Shown here: one piece after another, positions 1 to 14,708 of the stretch
How the letters are laid out: each line of letters starts with the position of its first letter
Position numbering within the stretch: the first letter of the stretch is position 1
Notes under the pieces: generated by a model
What the model was told of the DNA's origin: nothing
The model's database searches: none
What the model saw: only the letters and a program-made list of their open reading frames with translations
NCBI RefSeq assembly: GCF_001194135.2
Contig: NC_068986.1
Coordinates: forward strand, 31,439,187 to 31,503,186
Direction of reading: 5' to 3'
Length of the DNA: 64,000 nt
Source of the DNA: Octopus bimaculoides
Taxonomy: Eukaryota
Made by a program: the position numbers and the translations under genes

Positions 1-236
1 GGCACATAAAAGACACCATTTCGAGCGTGGCCGTTTTCGTGCGGGTGACACGTAAAAGCACCCACTACACTCTCTGAGTGGTTGGCGTTAGGAAGGGCAT
101 CCAGCTGTAGAAACTCTGCCAAATCAGACTGGAGCCTGGTGTTGCCATCCGGTTTCACCAGTCCTCAGTCAAATCGTCCAACCCATGCTAGCATGGAAAG
201 CGGACGTTAAACGATGATGATGATGATGATGATGAT
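1..236 (+). mobile_element. SINE/LINE-tail family C (GGCGTTAGGAAGGGCATCCAGC core, (GAT)n tail), 3' part
   Basis: The same core recurs at ~27600-27790, 32082-32365, 49170-49320, 54520-54960, 58890-59060, 59205-59460 and 62285-62570. Confidence 0.8.
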
Positions 237-376
237 TGAGGTTATGAGATGTAATGGTGTCAAGAAGACCCAAAGGTGTCGGGTAAGGCTGAGTAAGTGC
301 TATGGACAGACTATAGTTAAGCTCCAGGTTTGGTGATTATGCGAATGAGGAGTCCAATGTAGGTCATATATTAGCA

Positions 377-400
<24 letters not shown>

Positions 401-408
<8 letters not shown>

Positions 409-849
409 GCTAACAGAATGAGATAAAAATCCAAGGCTGTGAAAGATTTCAGAACATTTATAAAGAGGTCTTACAGCTGTTTCCAGGATATTTTATACAT
501 CCCTTCATTGGAGACAGTGCGAGAAAAAGGTTAAGCAATGGTTATTCTAGAGAAGATATGAAATAGAGAGTGAAGTGGAGGAATGAAAACAGGAATCTGC
601 AGTACCATTCTGCTTATATAATGGAACTGCAGATACAATATCCCTGCATATCTTATGCCTGTTTTCATTCCTCCACTTCACTCTCTATTTCATATCTTCT
701 CTAGAATAACAATTGCTTAACTTTTTTCTCACACCGTCTCCAATCAAGGGATGTATAAATTATCCTGGAAACAGCTGTAAGACCTCCTCTTTATAAATGT
801 TTTGAAATCTTTCACAGCCTTAGATTTTTATCTCATTCTGTTAATTTTA

Positions 850-850
<1 letters not shown>
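401..850. repeat. Long inverted repeat / foldback MITE-like element
   Basis: Arms 401-593 and 658-850 are reverse complements with a few substitutions and a 3-bp indel. The spacer contains a second hairpin (ATCTGCAGTACCATT..AATGGAACTGCAGAT). Flanked by (TA)n and (CA)n. Confidence 0.85.
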
Positions 851-980
<130 letters not shown>

Positions 981-1451
981 ATATATACATACATATATGC
1001 ATAATGGAATTTATGTTTATGCATTTGTTTTGCAAGAGTCGGGATGTGAAATCGTGTGTTGAAACAGATATTGTTGTATTTTGGGATGGTCATTTTTTAT
1101 CTATTTTGTCAAATAAGCACATGCACAACATGTTCGTTCTTCACTTGTTTATTATTGTTCTTATTCTATGTCCATTGTGTGGAAATCTTTCATTACACAC
1201 CTGTGACCGCTTCAGCGATTCTCCATCCTGGACTAAACAGAACAAGAGAAGACATATGGTTACAATTTTAAAACTTATATCTGCCATTTAACTGTATACG
1301 TAGACAAGACACATTACTCTGTTTACATTTGTCTGCCTGGGTTACAACAGGTTCCACTTCTATTTAACAGTTGAATAGCTAACAACAGAGAAAGCATCCA
1401 ACTGTAAAAAGATGTTTCCCAGCAATAAATATTTTTTTTCATTTTATACAG

Positions 1452-1564
1452 AAATGGTTGTCAATTCAACAGTTTATGGACCAGAGATAAAGAATGAATA
1501 TGTAAAAATTGACCTAAAATTTTCTCAAGGATATTTCAAGCCTGGTTTCACTTACTATGGGAAG
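1452..1564 (+). CDS. TEP exon (MG3/MG4 boundary)
   Basis: TACAG|..[38 protein letters not shown]|GT; resembles A2M 'FRxGIPFFGQ'; joins the next exon in phase 0. Confidence 0.85.
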
Positions 1565-4500
1565 GTTTGATACTTTTTCTTCACTTCCAGAACAATTCTG
1601 ATGATTAATTTGATTTAAATCTGATTATTTCATTTCCTATTTTATTGTAACTGTTATCACCGAGATGGCAAAGGGTACCTAAATGTTGGTTTCAAATTTT
1701 GGTTCAAGCCCAACAATTTCAGGGAAGGAGTTAAGTTGATTACAATCGACCTCAGTGTTCAACTGGTGCTTATTTTATCAATCCTGAAAGAATGAAAAGC
1801 AAAGTCAACCTCAGCTGAATTTGAACTCAGAACATTAAGATGGATGAAATGCTCCTAAGCATTTTGCCTTGTGTACTAACAACTCTGCCAGTTCACTGCC
1901 CTAAGGAGTACCTAAATATTACACATATTCTTAGTGTTAGCGAGTGAAGGAGTCTTTACATGGTCATTTGGTTTGCTCAAACTCGCAGCCAAATGTTTCT
2001 CAGATCACTACTACACTTTTGAAAAACAAAAAGTGGGAAGGACATATTGGAGAATGTGGTCCTAGATATTCTGATTTCAGAGAAGGTTGAAATGATAACA
2101 TTTGGCACTCCTTTGTTCATAGGCTATCTCAGTGAGAGAAGATCTGAGGATAAAGAGCCCTAACATTCATGTAATGTTAGCATCTTTATTTATATTGATG
2201 TGGGAGCATCAATATAAATATTACTGTTAACTCAATGCAACTTATGCAAGCAAACTGAAAAGAGTAAAATGTTAGCGACAAATAATAATAATTTCAAATT
2301 TTTGCCACAAGGGCAGCTTGGGGAAAGTGGGGGATGAGTTGATTACATTGACCCCAGTGTTCAACTGGTACTTATTTTATCAACCCCGAAAGGATGAAAG
2401 GCAAAGTCAACCTCAGTGGAATTTGAACTCGGAACGTAGCGACAGGCGAAATACCACTAAGCATTGCATCCAGTGCGCTAACGATTCTGCCAGGTTGCCG
2501 CCTTCACAACAAATAATAATGATAATAGAGACAATCATTACCCTCATCATTAATATCAATTTCAAATTTTGGTACAAGGTCAATAATTTCAGGAGATGGG
2601 GTAAGCCAATTACATCAACCCCAAATTATTTGGTAATTATTTATCAACTGGTAATTATTTTAATTATTTTATCGACCCCCCCCAAAAGAATGAAAGGCAA
2701 AGTTGACCTTGGTGGAATTTGAACTCAGAACGCAAAGATGGATGAAATGCTGCTGCACACTTTACCCAGCATACTAATAATTCTACCAGCTTGCCAACTC
2801 AATTTCAGCTAGTCATCTACGGTCACAGCTAGTGACTTAGCGTTACACAGCATTACATTTCTTATACATGTGGGTTGGTTATAAAGCCAAAAACCCTGTG
2901 GAAAAATTAAATAAATAGATAAATAATAATAATGAATAAGAAAACATAGGAGACAGTTTTAAGAGAAATTGTCTCAGAAAGTTGGACAGAACTGCAGTAA
3001 TTCTGAAAGGAAGCCAAAAATGATTGGTAGTTCTATTAGTCATCAAATCTTGCCTTCATATTATCAAAAGGACTAGAGGAAGAAATGATTTTTTTATGAA
3101 CTATGTTAAATGTTACATCCCATTAAACACATGGTCTTATTACAAAACAGTTACATCCATTTTATAGCTTTCTTTAAAATTATACACATTTTATTTTATT
3201 TTCAGGTTTTAGTTTCCAAACCTGACAACAGTATTGCTGCAGGAGAAGTTATAGAAGTCACAGCTGTTGACTTTGTCAATGACATTGAACTTGCTGGTAT
3301 TTTCACTTCCAATGAGAATGGAGAAATAGATTTTACCATTGACCACTTTGATAAATATACTGAAGAATTTGTACTTCAGGTAACAATATTATGTTCTATT
3401 CTTCTTTAATTTTCAAAATGTTTTCTTAAATGTAAGAGTAAACTGCCAATTGGATTAAGCATTCAGACTACATATCTGCTAATTTTGTTTCCATTTTCTA
3501 AGTTTCGCTATATCTTTGGATATGAGACTTAACCCTTTTGTGAACATATTTCAAATGAAATATACTGCTTTTATAATACTGATTATGTGGAGGTGCAATG
3601 GCCCAGTGGTTAGGACAGTGGATTCGCGGTCATAGGATCATAGTTTCGATTCCCAGACTGGACGTTGTGAGTGTTTCTTGAGCAAAAACACCTAAAGCTC
3701 CACGAGGCTCCGGCAGGGGATGGTGGCGAACCCTGCTGTACTCTTTCACCACAACTTTCTCTCACTCTTATTTCCTGTTTCTGTTGTACCTGTATTTCAA
3801 AGGGCCAGCCTTGTCACACTGTGTCACGCTGAATATCCCCGAGAACTACGTTAAGGGTACACATGTCTGTGGAATGCTCAGTCACTTGCACGTTAATTTC
3901 ACGAGCAGGCTGTTCTGTTGATCGGATTAACTGGAACCCTCAACGTCGTAAGCGACGGAGTGCCAACAACAAACAATACTACTTATATAATATTTCTTAT
4001 ATAATACTACTGTATCATAATTAAATTTGAAAATATTCAACAATTTGATGGGATTTAGTAAAATGACTAACTTTGTCATTAGTGTGTTAAGCCCACAGCT
4101 ATGTTCCAAACACCATCATATTAAGCTAGTGTTTAGAACATAAATCTGCCTCAAGCCTATTTGCTCTTGAAGCCCAAACATCTCAGAGGATTTTCAAGGC
4201 ATTTAAGCTGAGACTTCAAGACTGACTTCTGAAAGGGATGCCAGTCCATCACAAGGTTATCCTTCTGGTGCAATGCCAGCAAGTTTAGAGGGAGAGGGTA
4301 AATCAATTACATTGACCTCAGTACTTGACTGGTACTTTTTTTATGAAGCCTGAAAAGGGATGAAAGGCAAAGCTGACCTCACCAGAATTTAAACTCAGTA
4401 TGTAAGGAGTCAGAAGAAATGCCAACTAAGCATTTAATTCGCATGCTAATGATTCAGCCAGCTCACTGTTTTTATTCTTTGATAAAATCAAAATACAGAT

Positions 4501-5161
4501 AAGATATAAATATCAGAATTTGTTGGACCAAGATACACATATTTTAAAATTTTGTTTTGAATGATCCATTTTTTATTTTTTCATAGGTTTGGGAGATGGG
4601 TGTCTTCAAATTTAGATGTTTACATGAAATATTGAAACCTAGTGATCTATTTTTATTTGTTAACCCTATACTTACATGCTTAATATTGGCTTGTTTGGAA
4701 AGTTTGTGCCATAAAATTATTAACCATCTTAATTTCATATTTCATTTAAGCTATGAAGAAAGTAAAAACAGGCTCTAGAGAGCAAATACCAGGCATTTTA
4801 GTTGTTAGTCAGTGAAAGTAATATCTTCTCATACATATGCATGAGCTGATTGTTTCATCTGTTAATACATTATAAATTATTTCAGGCTCGATCCATTAAT
4901 GGGACTTTTGTCAATGAGGACAGCCATCACTATATGTACACACCAATTGATACATTCACTGTGAAACAGTGGTTTTCAAGAATGGGTAAATACCTTCAGA
5001 TTAAACCATTAGAAAAAAATCTCCGGTGCCATTCAAAGCTGAATCTTAATATTTTATACACAGCAACACTCAGGGAAAGAATCAACCTTTATTATTTGGT
5101 GAGTATCTGTAACTTCTTTAATGCAGCCCCAGAGATAATAAACTGCCATTTCAACTGTTCC

Positions 5162-5239
<78 letters not shown>

Positions 5240-5390
5240 GGTTAGTAGAATTGCTTATTATCCAAATCATTACTATAAGATTCATAAAGATGACTTCTGA
5301 AGACATATCATAGTAACATGAATCATTAGCTTCAAACAATAAAATAAAGTAGTAAGCACATTTTTCCTGCTTATGCAATAAAAGTACACA

Positions 5391-5422
<32 letters not shown>

Positions 5423-7398
5423 TACACACACTACACTCACACATACACATAGAGTTTCTCGATAACTGAATTTCTCTCATGATATGTATCATATATTCTC
5501 CATATAAGTATTTTTTTCTAAGTCAGTTTTAATGTCTTAAATTTTAGGTTATCATTTATGTGTAATAAAAAAAATAAATAATTGTTAAAATTTTTAATAA
5601 ACTTGCTAGTCTATATGCAATTATTTATTACAAGATGAAATGTGTTGAGAAAATTTCCAGTTTAAGTATATTTGTTACTCCTTATATTTTCAACTTTTAT
5701 CTGTTTTCCAGGTTATGTCAAAAAGTCAAATAGTTGCCAATGGTCAGATAGCTTTCCGTGCTGATCACCGTTATGTTTATAGAAAAGAACACTTTAACAA
5801 TTCCCTTAAAATTTCTGCTGATCCAGATGATGAAGTTTTATCCATGATGCCATATTCTAACCAAACTCAATCTTCACCCGGTTACCAAAAAGACGCAAAA
5901 CACAAACACATAAATTACAAAAACAAAAAGCATACTAAAAGGGGTATGTCTCTTTTTAAAAATATATTTATATTTACCATTTATAAAATACATGAAATAT
6001 AGAAATGTTTAATCAAATTACTTTCAACAAATTTTATTTTTCTACAGAAAATAATCGAAGATCTGATTCAGCACCCTTTATGGCTAAACTTGAATTTGAT
6101 ATCGACATCATCCCTGAGATGTCTCCACTCAGTTATATTTTGGTCTACTTGGTTGACGATAATGGAGAATTAGTGGATGATTACCAAGAGTTTTCAGTTA
6201 ATTCCTGTTTCAAAAATGAAGTAAGCTCCCTGTATATCTCTTAAATACATAGTAATTAATTCTTTGTGTATATTTGCATACATAAAGGTGAGTTTTGAAA
6301 AGTGTGAGAACATATGAATTGATATTTTCTGCCCCAGCCTTTTTTTTTTTTTTACCTGCTGAGTCTAGTTGGAAAAGTATTATCTATGACTGTTGCAGTC
6401 CCTCCTCCAAGACTGGTGAAATTGTGGCCATTAATTTTCCATTGAAAATGTATTGCAAGTCAATACATACAGAAAAAAACATGAATAGAGAAGAGAATAC
6501 ACAGGGCCAATGTTCTAAGAAGAAAAAAACTATTCATAGTGATTAGGAAAGACATGTATAGATAAGTAATTCCAGAAGACTGACATTCTGAGAAAGAAGT
6601 CCTGGGTATAGTATTTGGTAGGAACACAAGTGTGATGCGATGAGTTGGGTACACATCAGTGGTGATGGCATGAGTCCAGTCAACTTTGAGGAGTGGAGGC
6701 TATTTAGTACTGATATTTACATGTCATACAAAAAAATTATAAATATTTACAGTAATATTAACTTACAAAGATAATGTCATTAACAAAGTTAATTTTTTAT
6801 TAATATTTTTCTTTCCATATCTAGGTAGAATTTGATATTCCAAAAGGACCACTCTACCCGAATGATTATATTACATTTAATCTGAAAACTACTGGGAATT
6901 CAGTATGTGCTATAAACTTGGCAGACCGAAGTACCTTTTCTGGATGGGATAACTGGGTTACAGAACAACAGGTAAGCATGAAACTATTTTTATTATTCAT
7001 TAATTCCAAGTTACTTATGATAGGCACAAGTATGTTCCCTTCACAGACATGTGGTTCCAAAATTTGGTCATACTTTCAGCAAGTGTCTTCTAATGTGGTT
7101 TCCTGAAGCTGGCCAATGCCTTGTGAGGGAAATTTGATTGATGGAAACTGTGTGGAAGCCCATATGTGTATTTGTGTGTGTGCACATGTATGCATTTGCT
7201 TCTGTGTATACCAGTGCATTCAAAAGATAACCGTATCCATCTGATAAATAGAGACCTGTGTTTGATATAATCAAGTAAAATTCTTGAATGCTGTGCCCCA
7301 GCATGGCCATAGTCCAGGGACTGAAACTGATAGAAAAATGAAAAGAGGAATTAGCAACGGTGTTATGAATGAAATTTCAACCTTGTCTCCATAACTTT

Positions 7399-7481
<83 letters not shown>

Positions 7482-10400
7482 CATGGAGCTTCTTACACCA
7501 TTTAAACCATAAAAGTATATGTGAAGAGAAAAAAAAGAGAGAATTACTTTCAGTCAAAGAAAAAAAGTAACAAATATGACTGACTCTCAATATCTTGGAG
7601 TAAACATAATTAAATGACAATTCTATGTAGAAATGTTGGACTATATATATCAATTATACTAAAGTGACAGATTAATATTCTGTAAGATAATTTTCATGAG
7701 TTGCAGTAATATCTTTGTATCTACAACCTCAGCTTTATTTCAATGGTGTGGAAATAGCATAACATTAGCATAGTATTTAAAATATCATATTAGCATATTA
7801 TATACGGTTGTGTGAATAAGAAGTTTGCTTCACAACTATAAGGTTTAAGTATCAGACCCATGACTCAATGCCTTCTATTGTCTTAAACTAACCAAATTTT
7901 TGTGAGTGGATTTGGTTGATAAACTACAGTAAGCGTATCGCGTGTGTAAATGTGCACGAGTGTTGATATTTCCTGTATGTTGCCACGACTAGTAACTTTG
8001 TACATTCAAAGATCTCTGGGAAAAAAACATCCCTCATTTAAAAAACATCTAAAGGTTGGTGACAAAAAGAGTATCCAATCATAAAATCCTGCTTCAAATA
8101 ACTCCCCTTCCAACCCATGCTGACTTCAAAAACTGAATGTCAAACAAACAAATAAACGAATATGATTAAGAAGTGGTTTCCTCAATCATGCTTAATGAAA
8201 ATATACTCTGTATTAATTTTATCTTTATATGTTTTGTTGTTTATTATTTTTTTAAAGTATTTATTTAACTTTCACTCATAAAAAAAAATTAATTATAAGA
8301 TTATATCCCTTTTATTTTGTAGGTTTTCAATAAATTAAAAGAGCATCATTTTCAATTGAGCAGGTTTTATTCTGCTGAAGATAAACATTGCCAGAAGATT
8401 CTAATGGAAACACAACATGGAATTGAAATGAATGGTATGTACAGAAATATTAATTTCTTATAAATATTAATTTCTCTTTTTGTTTTGTCTTTGTTAAACT
8501 CAGGAATTTGTGGTGTTCATATTAGGTAAATAGATAAGGTTAATGCTGTTAATTTTCAGCTTGTAGCTCATACATAATCTTGAATATATAGTGCATATGT
8601 TTATTTGGCAAAAAAAAAATGAATGACCATCCTGAAATATAACAATATTTTACTAAATCTTTCCACATTCTTAATTATTTTCAAAATCAAGTGAAGCACA
8701 TGGACTGTATTTCATAAGAAATATAGCAACAAAGGAGTAAACTTATGTTTTAAATCTTATAAAAATAATCATGATTGTTATAAAGCAACTATGTAGTTAG
8801 GTGCAAGCAAGGCAAAATGCTTTGAGCTTTTATTTCATAAGTTTGAATTTTACTGCCAGCATTACATTGTTCCTTAAGAAAATATTTCATTTTTTTGTGA
8901 CTAAATTCCAGCATTATTAACAAATTTTCTATTTTGTTTATTTGCAATTTTTATTACTCCTTATTATTTATTGTTTATTATTCTTGATTAAATAATGTAT
9001 ATTCCTCTTTCTTTGATACAGAACACAGAAAGAAACGTGTTGCTTCTGTATATTCATCAAGATATGTTGATGCAATGTTTGCTTTTAAGGTAAGACTGAA
9101 GAATTTATTTAATAATTTGTAGCAAGTGCTTTAGATTCCTGGTAAATTTCCAGGAATTTTGATTTCTGATTGGATCCCAGGTTTGACTGAATGCCTAAGA
9201 AATCTGCTTCACAACTATGAAGTCTCACTGCCTGGCACCTTAGATGGGCAAGGGACTTTTACAATTGCCTCAAGTCAGCTCAAGCCATGAGAGTAAAATT
9301 ATATTGATGGTACTTTGTAGAAGTTTGTATTATGGATTTTGCCTGTAAATAAAATGGCCATTCTTATCACAGTCAGTATCATGCTGAGTCTACTTGAGAA
9401 TTATGTTATGGATGTAAGTACCTGTGGAATATTCAATCACCAAGTTTATAATAAAATAAAGCAGTTCTGTTGATTGAACATCTGAAACTTGTATTGTAAA
9501 AACTGAGACACAAGCTCTATCATATTTATATCACTAATGAACTTTAGACAAGAAATCATAAAATTATATATTTTTTTTTGTTTATAAGTCTAATATTTTT
9601 TGCTTATGTTAGGAATAAAATATTTACTTATTGTCAAATAATAACTGATAAATTATGTAATTAATTAGATAATATGCTACATTTTCCTATTATTAATAAT
9701 ATCAGTACTGAATAATTATGTAAAAGCAATTAAAATTACAATTCTGTTTGTAAACATTTGGATATTCTTATACCTGATGCAATATTTACAACATAGTCTT
9801 CGACACTGTGTTTATGAGAAATGAATATATCAATTCTTGTTGTTCAGTTGAATTAGGTCAGTCTAGCTTGGTACTTAGGCATAAGATATTTAGAATTGTA
9901 AACCGTCTGCTGATACTTCTGAACATATCTACATTCATGTATTTTCATGTTCGCAAAATGGTAACTTTCTCATTTACAATGATAACACAACACACAGATA
10001 AGGAATAAGAAACATCTTACAAAGTTGTCTTCTTTTAGATATGTGCTTGTACTTTTTTTTTCTTTTTTAAATATCATAATGATAAAGGATGAAACCTTTC
10101 TAGTGGTGTATGGCTTCTGTTGTGTCATTCAATCTCTAAGGGATGTGAGATTGATAGTCTGCTGTGCAAGTAGGCAAGTAAATTGTTTTAGATATTTAGA
10201 ATTGTATTCTTTATTACTAAAAAAAAAAAAAAATTCTGAAATGCAGTTTCAACAGGTTTCTTTCAAATTCTTGAAAGAGCTTTCTACATTATTTTTTACC
10301 ATAAATTTATGAGACAACTTTTCATTGTCGTGTTGTTTAGCTCGGTGCTATTCCAGATCAAGTAGACCTAAGTTGAAAGAAGCTGCAGTCAGTCTTCTGT

Positions 10401-13140
10401 AGACATAGCATGTGTCTACATATCTCTCTCTCTCTCTCTAGATATATGTGTGTGTGTATGTATGTATGTATGCACATACATATAGATATATATATGTATG
10501 TATGCACATACATATAGATATATATATGTATGTATGCACATACATATAGATATATATATATATGTATGTATGCACATACATATAGATATATATATATGTA
10601 TGTATGCACATACATATAGATATATATATATGTATGTATGCACATACATATAGATATATATATATATGTATGTATGCACATACATATAGATATATATATA
10701 TATATATATGTATGTATGCACATACATATATATATATATATATATGTATGCACATACATATAGATATATATATATATATGTATGTATGCACATACATATA
10801 GATATATATATGTATGTGTGTATGCACATACATATAGATATATATATATATATGTATGCACATAGATATATATATATATGTATGTATGCACATAGATATA
10901 TATATATGTATGTATGCACATAGATATATACATATGTATGTATGCACACATACACACACACACACACACACACTCCTTTCAAAGACAGCATGGTATCATT
11001 TGAGGGAGATTTGGTTACTATTTACAGAAGGTTGCACAACCACATAATCTCCCACACAAGTTTCTCTTTTCCTGTAAAATGTTAAGTGGTGTTAAGCAAA
11101 TTTTGAAACAATTGCAAGGGAATAGACCAAAACAGATCTCAAATAACCATGAAACATAATACTGTACACAACTAGAATTTTTAAATAGTCACCCCTTTTA
11201 GTAGTATTTATTGTATATTGACCATTGTTAGAGTTAAGTTTCTTCTGAAAAGAACCCCTAATAACAACAGAATTATTTTGTGGCTTTTGAATATTTCTTA
11301 TTAACTGTTTTCTGTCTATTTTTATAAACCAAGAGGGATTTTGCAAATTGACTTTTTTTTATAAAGTTAGGAAAATAATAACACACTGGAAGAGTTCTTT
11401 AAGCATTGGATATGATTCCTTACAGCATTTGTTCTGACCTTCTGCTATGGTTAACTTTACCTTACACCCTTTCAGGGTCACTAAAAAGGCATCAATCCAG
11501 TGTGGAGAATTGGTTAAATTGTTAGAGTATAAAACAAGATGCTTTGTTATATCTGTTCCAACCCTGAGTATTTTAATAGCAACACCTGTGATGATACAAG
11601 TGCTAAGTTGTATTGGCACAAAGGCAGTGGCAGTTCCCTTGAATAATATTGGTTGTGTGGACAGAGGCATAGCCAAGTTCTAAAGTTAGGGGGAGCAAGT
11701 ACATAAAAAAAAAGTGCTGAACTCATTTCTCAATAGTTGAAAAGGTGTCAATTTTGAAAAATGAGCTCAGGGGAAGTGGTCGCCTCCCCCCCTGCTCCTC
11801 TATTAGCTATGCCACTGAGTGTGGAGGAGGAGATTTGTAAGCATGAGTTAGTCAGTCTTCCACAAAAAAGCCTTGACCAGGTCTACGCATACAAATACAG
11901 ATAAATGGCCAACCCAGACTAATAGAGGCCCTTATTTAACTTGGTAGTTCTTTTTTTTTTTCTTGCTAACCTAACAACTCAACTATGAGTTAAATTTTTC
12001 AGTTAGCTTGGCAAACTGACTATGGAACAGGTATCTCTGGCTATTTTCTCTTGTCAACCTTTTTAAGTTATGCTACTCTGTAGTTATCAATAGAAATCCT
12101 ATATCAGATCATTTTATGTCCTTTCAGAATATAGTTGAAATATGCTTTGCTGATGAAATCATATAAGACCAAAACATAGCTGGAGTTGTGACTATACTAC
12201 CAAACATTAGACTAATGCCTCACCATAGTCTGTTTCATTAATTTTGATTATTTTAAATTCCAAAGTTATCCCCCTGTCATTCTTAACTAGAATCAGTTTA
12301 AGATGGGGATTATTTTGTCATCATTAGGGCTGTAATTTTAATAAACCAAAATACAGCTATTTTTTAGTATCCACTTTATTCTTAATGTTTCCTGCATCAG
12401 GCATCACAAGTATTTTCTTCCACTCATTTCTCGAGGTAAGCAACGTTGTGTACCTTGCTCAGGGCACAATACTTTGGTAAAGTTTAAATTCTTGGTCAGT
12501 ATTTCAACCATTATATCTCAGATCCTTAAAATATATTGAGGAGTGGATTACAATAGTCAGTTTTAGAAATGGTAAAATTAATCATGAGGAATATTTTTTT
12601 CTTTGTTTCATTAGTTAGTAAACTGATTGATATATTAGGTTGTCTTGGTATGACAGATAGTTTTTGTTAGTTTGGTTACATAATTAGTGCTGAAGATGGT
12701 TGTCATAAAAATATAATAGCTTAAATACAAAAAATAGTTTTGGAAGTAGTTTAAGAAGCTGTTACATCTGTTGGAAACAAAATTTTGTCTTTGTTCATGC
12801 AAAAGACAGACTGTATGAATCATATACAAGAAGTCTGATGATGCATGGTTATAAAATGTAGATATGGTACTGTATGTGTAAGCTCTGTCAAGTATGACTC
12901 ATTTTGTCTTGTATGAAAAATGATAAACAAACAGACTTAAAGACTGGGTGGGCATTAGAGGCTGATGCATTTATTTTATATATTTACTTTATTTACTTTA
13001 TATCACAGTTTATAACCAAGAGCATCATTGGCTTCAGGTTTCCAAAGAGTCAATCTCTGGTTTTGTGTTTCTTTTGGAAAGAGTGACAAGCTAGTGTTTA
13101 CCATGATACAAAGTTTCTTTTTTTTCTCCCCGTTTCTTCA

Positions 13141-13194
<54 letters not shown>

Positions 13195-13195
13195 G

Positions 13196-13279
<84 letters not shown>

Positions 13280-14521
13280 AGGCATGGTGAATAAATTATC
13301 ATCTAAACTATGCAAAAAGGAAAATAATACTGACATCTCATTTTAATGGATATATTTACCAAAATTGTATGAAAATATCTTGAAATACTAAAGAGTAAAT
13401 TTATTCAATAAAATCGCCATTGGCTTCAACCACAGCCTCCAGACAACTTCAGAATCTCCTGCAACTCTTCTGGGTACTTTCCTTGTTTAAGCTGGTGAAT
13501 GCTGCCATAATCCTTGCCTTCAGTTCATCTTTGGTGTTACAAGGAGTTTTGTTGGTTTCTTGCTCAACTGTGCTCCACACATAATAATCAAGGGGGTTGC
13601 AGTCTGGGGAGTTAGGTCGCCAGATGTTAGGTGTGGTGTGGTCGCAGAAATTATCTGATAGCCATGACTGCTTTCTCCTGCTTGTGTGGCACAATGCAGA
13701 GACCTGTTGCCAGACATAATAACTTCCAGCAGCTTCCCCCTTCACCCAGAGCAGCACTACCTCCTTCAGGCACTTGATGTAGGCCTCTATGTTGAGTCTG
13801 TGGACGTGTGGGAAGATGAATGGAAACATAACGTTGCCATCACTAGTTATCACTCTTTGACATTCACTGGATGTTTGATTTTTATCACTCTCAGTACATG
13901 TTTTGGGGACATGGCAAGCCAACGGCTGTTCTGTGTGTTCACCTGTGTGTATATATGTATGTATGCACATGTGCGTTCACCTGGCAGAAATTTTTCTCAT
14001 CTGAGAAAAACCAAATCATTGGTTGGAGGGGATGCTTGAGTTTCTTCAAAAGCTTCATAGCACAGTCTTCTCACTTGTCCTTGATGCCTTGGGATAATAA
14101 TTGGCCCTGTCTCATCTTGTATGAGGAATACCAAATGTCTTCATGCACTACCTGCCTGATGAGAAACTCAGACACTCCCATGTCCCTGGCAATGGACCTG
14201 ATTGACTTGGAGGGATTGTTTTCAATCACGGCCTGGATCTCACCAACAAATTCAAGAGTTCTATTCTTATCGGAATGATCAGAGTGAGTTTTCCAAGCTG
14301 GCGTACTTTCGTAATCCCCTTTAGACTCATCCAACTCTTTCCGAATCCTCTACACTGTCCTCAGATTGACACCCAAACACTTTGAAATGTTTGTATTGGA
14401 GCTTCAAATGCAAATGTCAAACAGCACAGCATATATATATATATATATATGTACATATATATACATACAGATATATATACATATATATATGTATAGATAT
14501 ATATGCATATATACATATATG

Positions 14522-14563
<42 letters not shown>

Positions 14564-14579
14564 TACACACACACAAATA

Positions 14580-14612
<33 letters not shown>

Positions 14613-14622
14613 NNNNNNNNNN

Positions 14623-14708
<86 letters not shown>

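Noticed and set aside
1004-1291. Hydrophobic ORF segment MFVLHLFIIVLILCPLCG resembling a signal peptide
   Set aside because: The next real exon is already at MG3/MG4, so about 300 aa must lie upstream; there is no fitting splice phase or A2M similarity.
3588-3660. tRNA-like sequences at SINE 5' ends (also 37070, 39005, 40758)
   Set aside because: They have A/B boxes only, continue into SINE bodies and show no complete cloverleaf.
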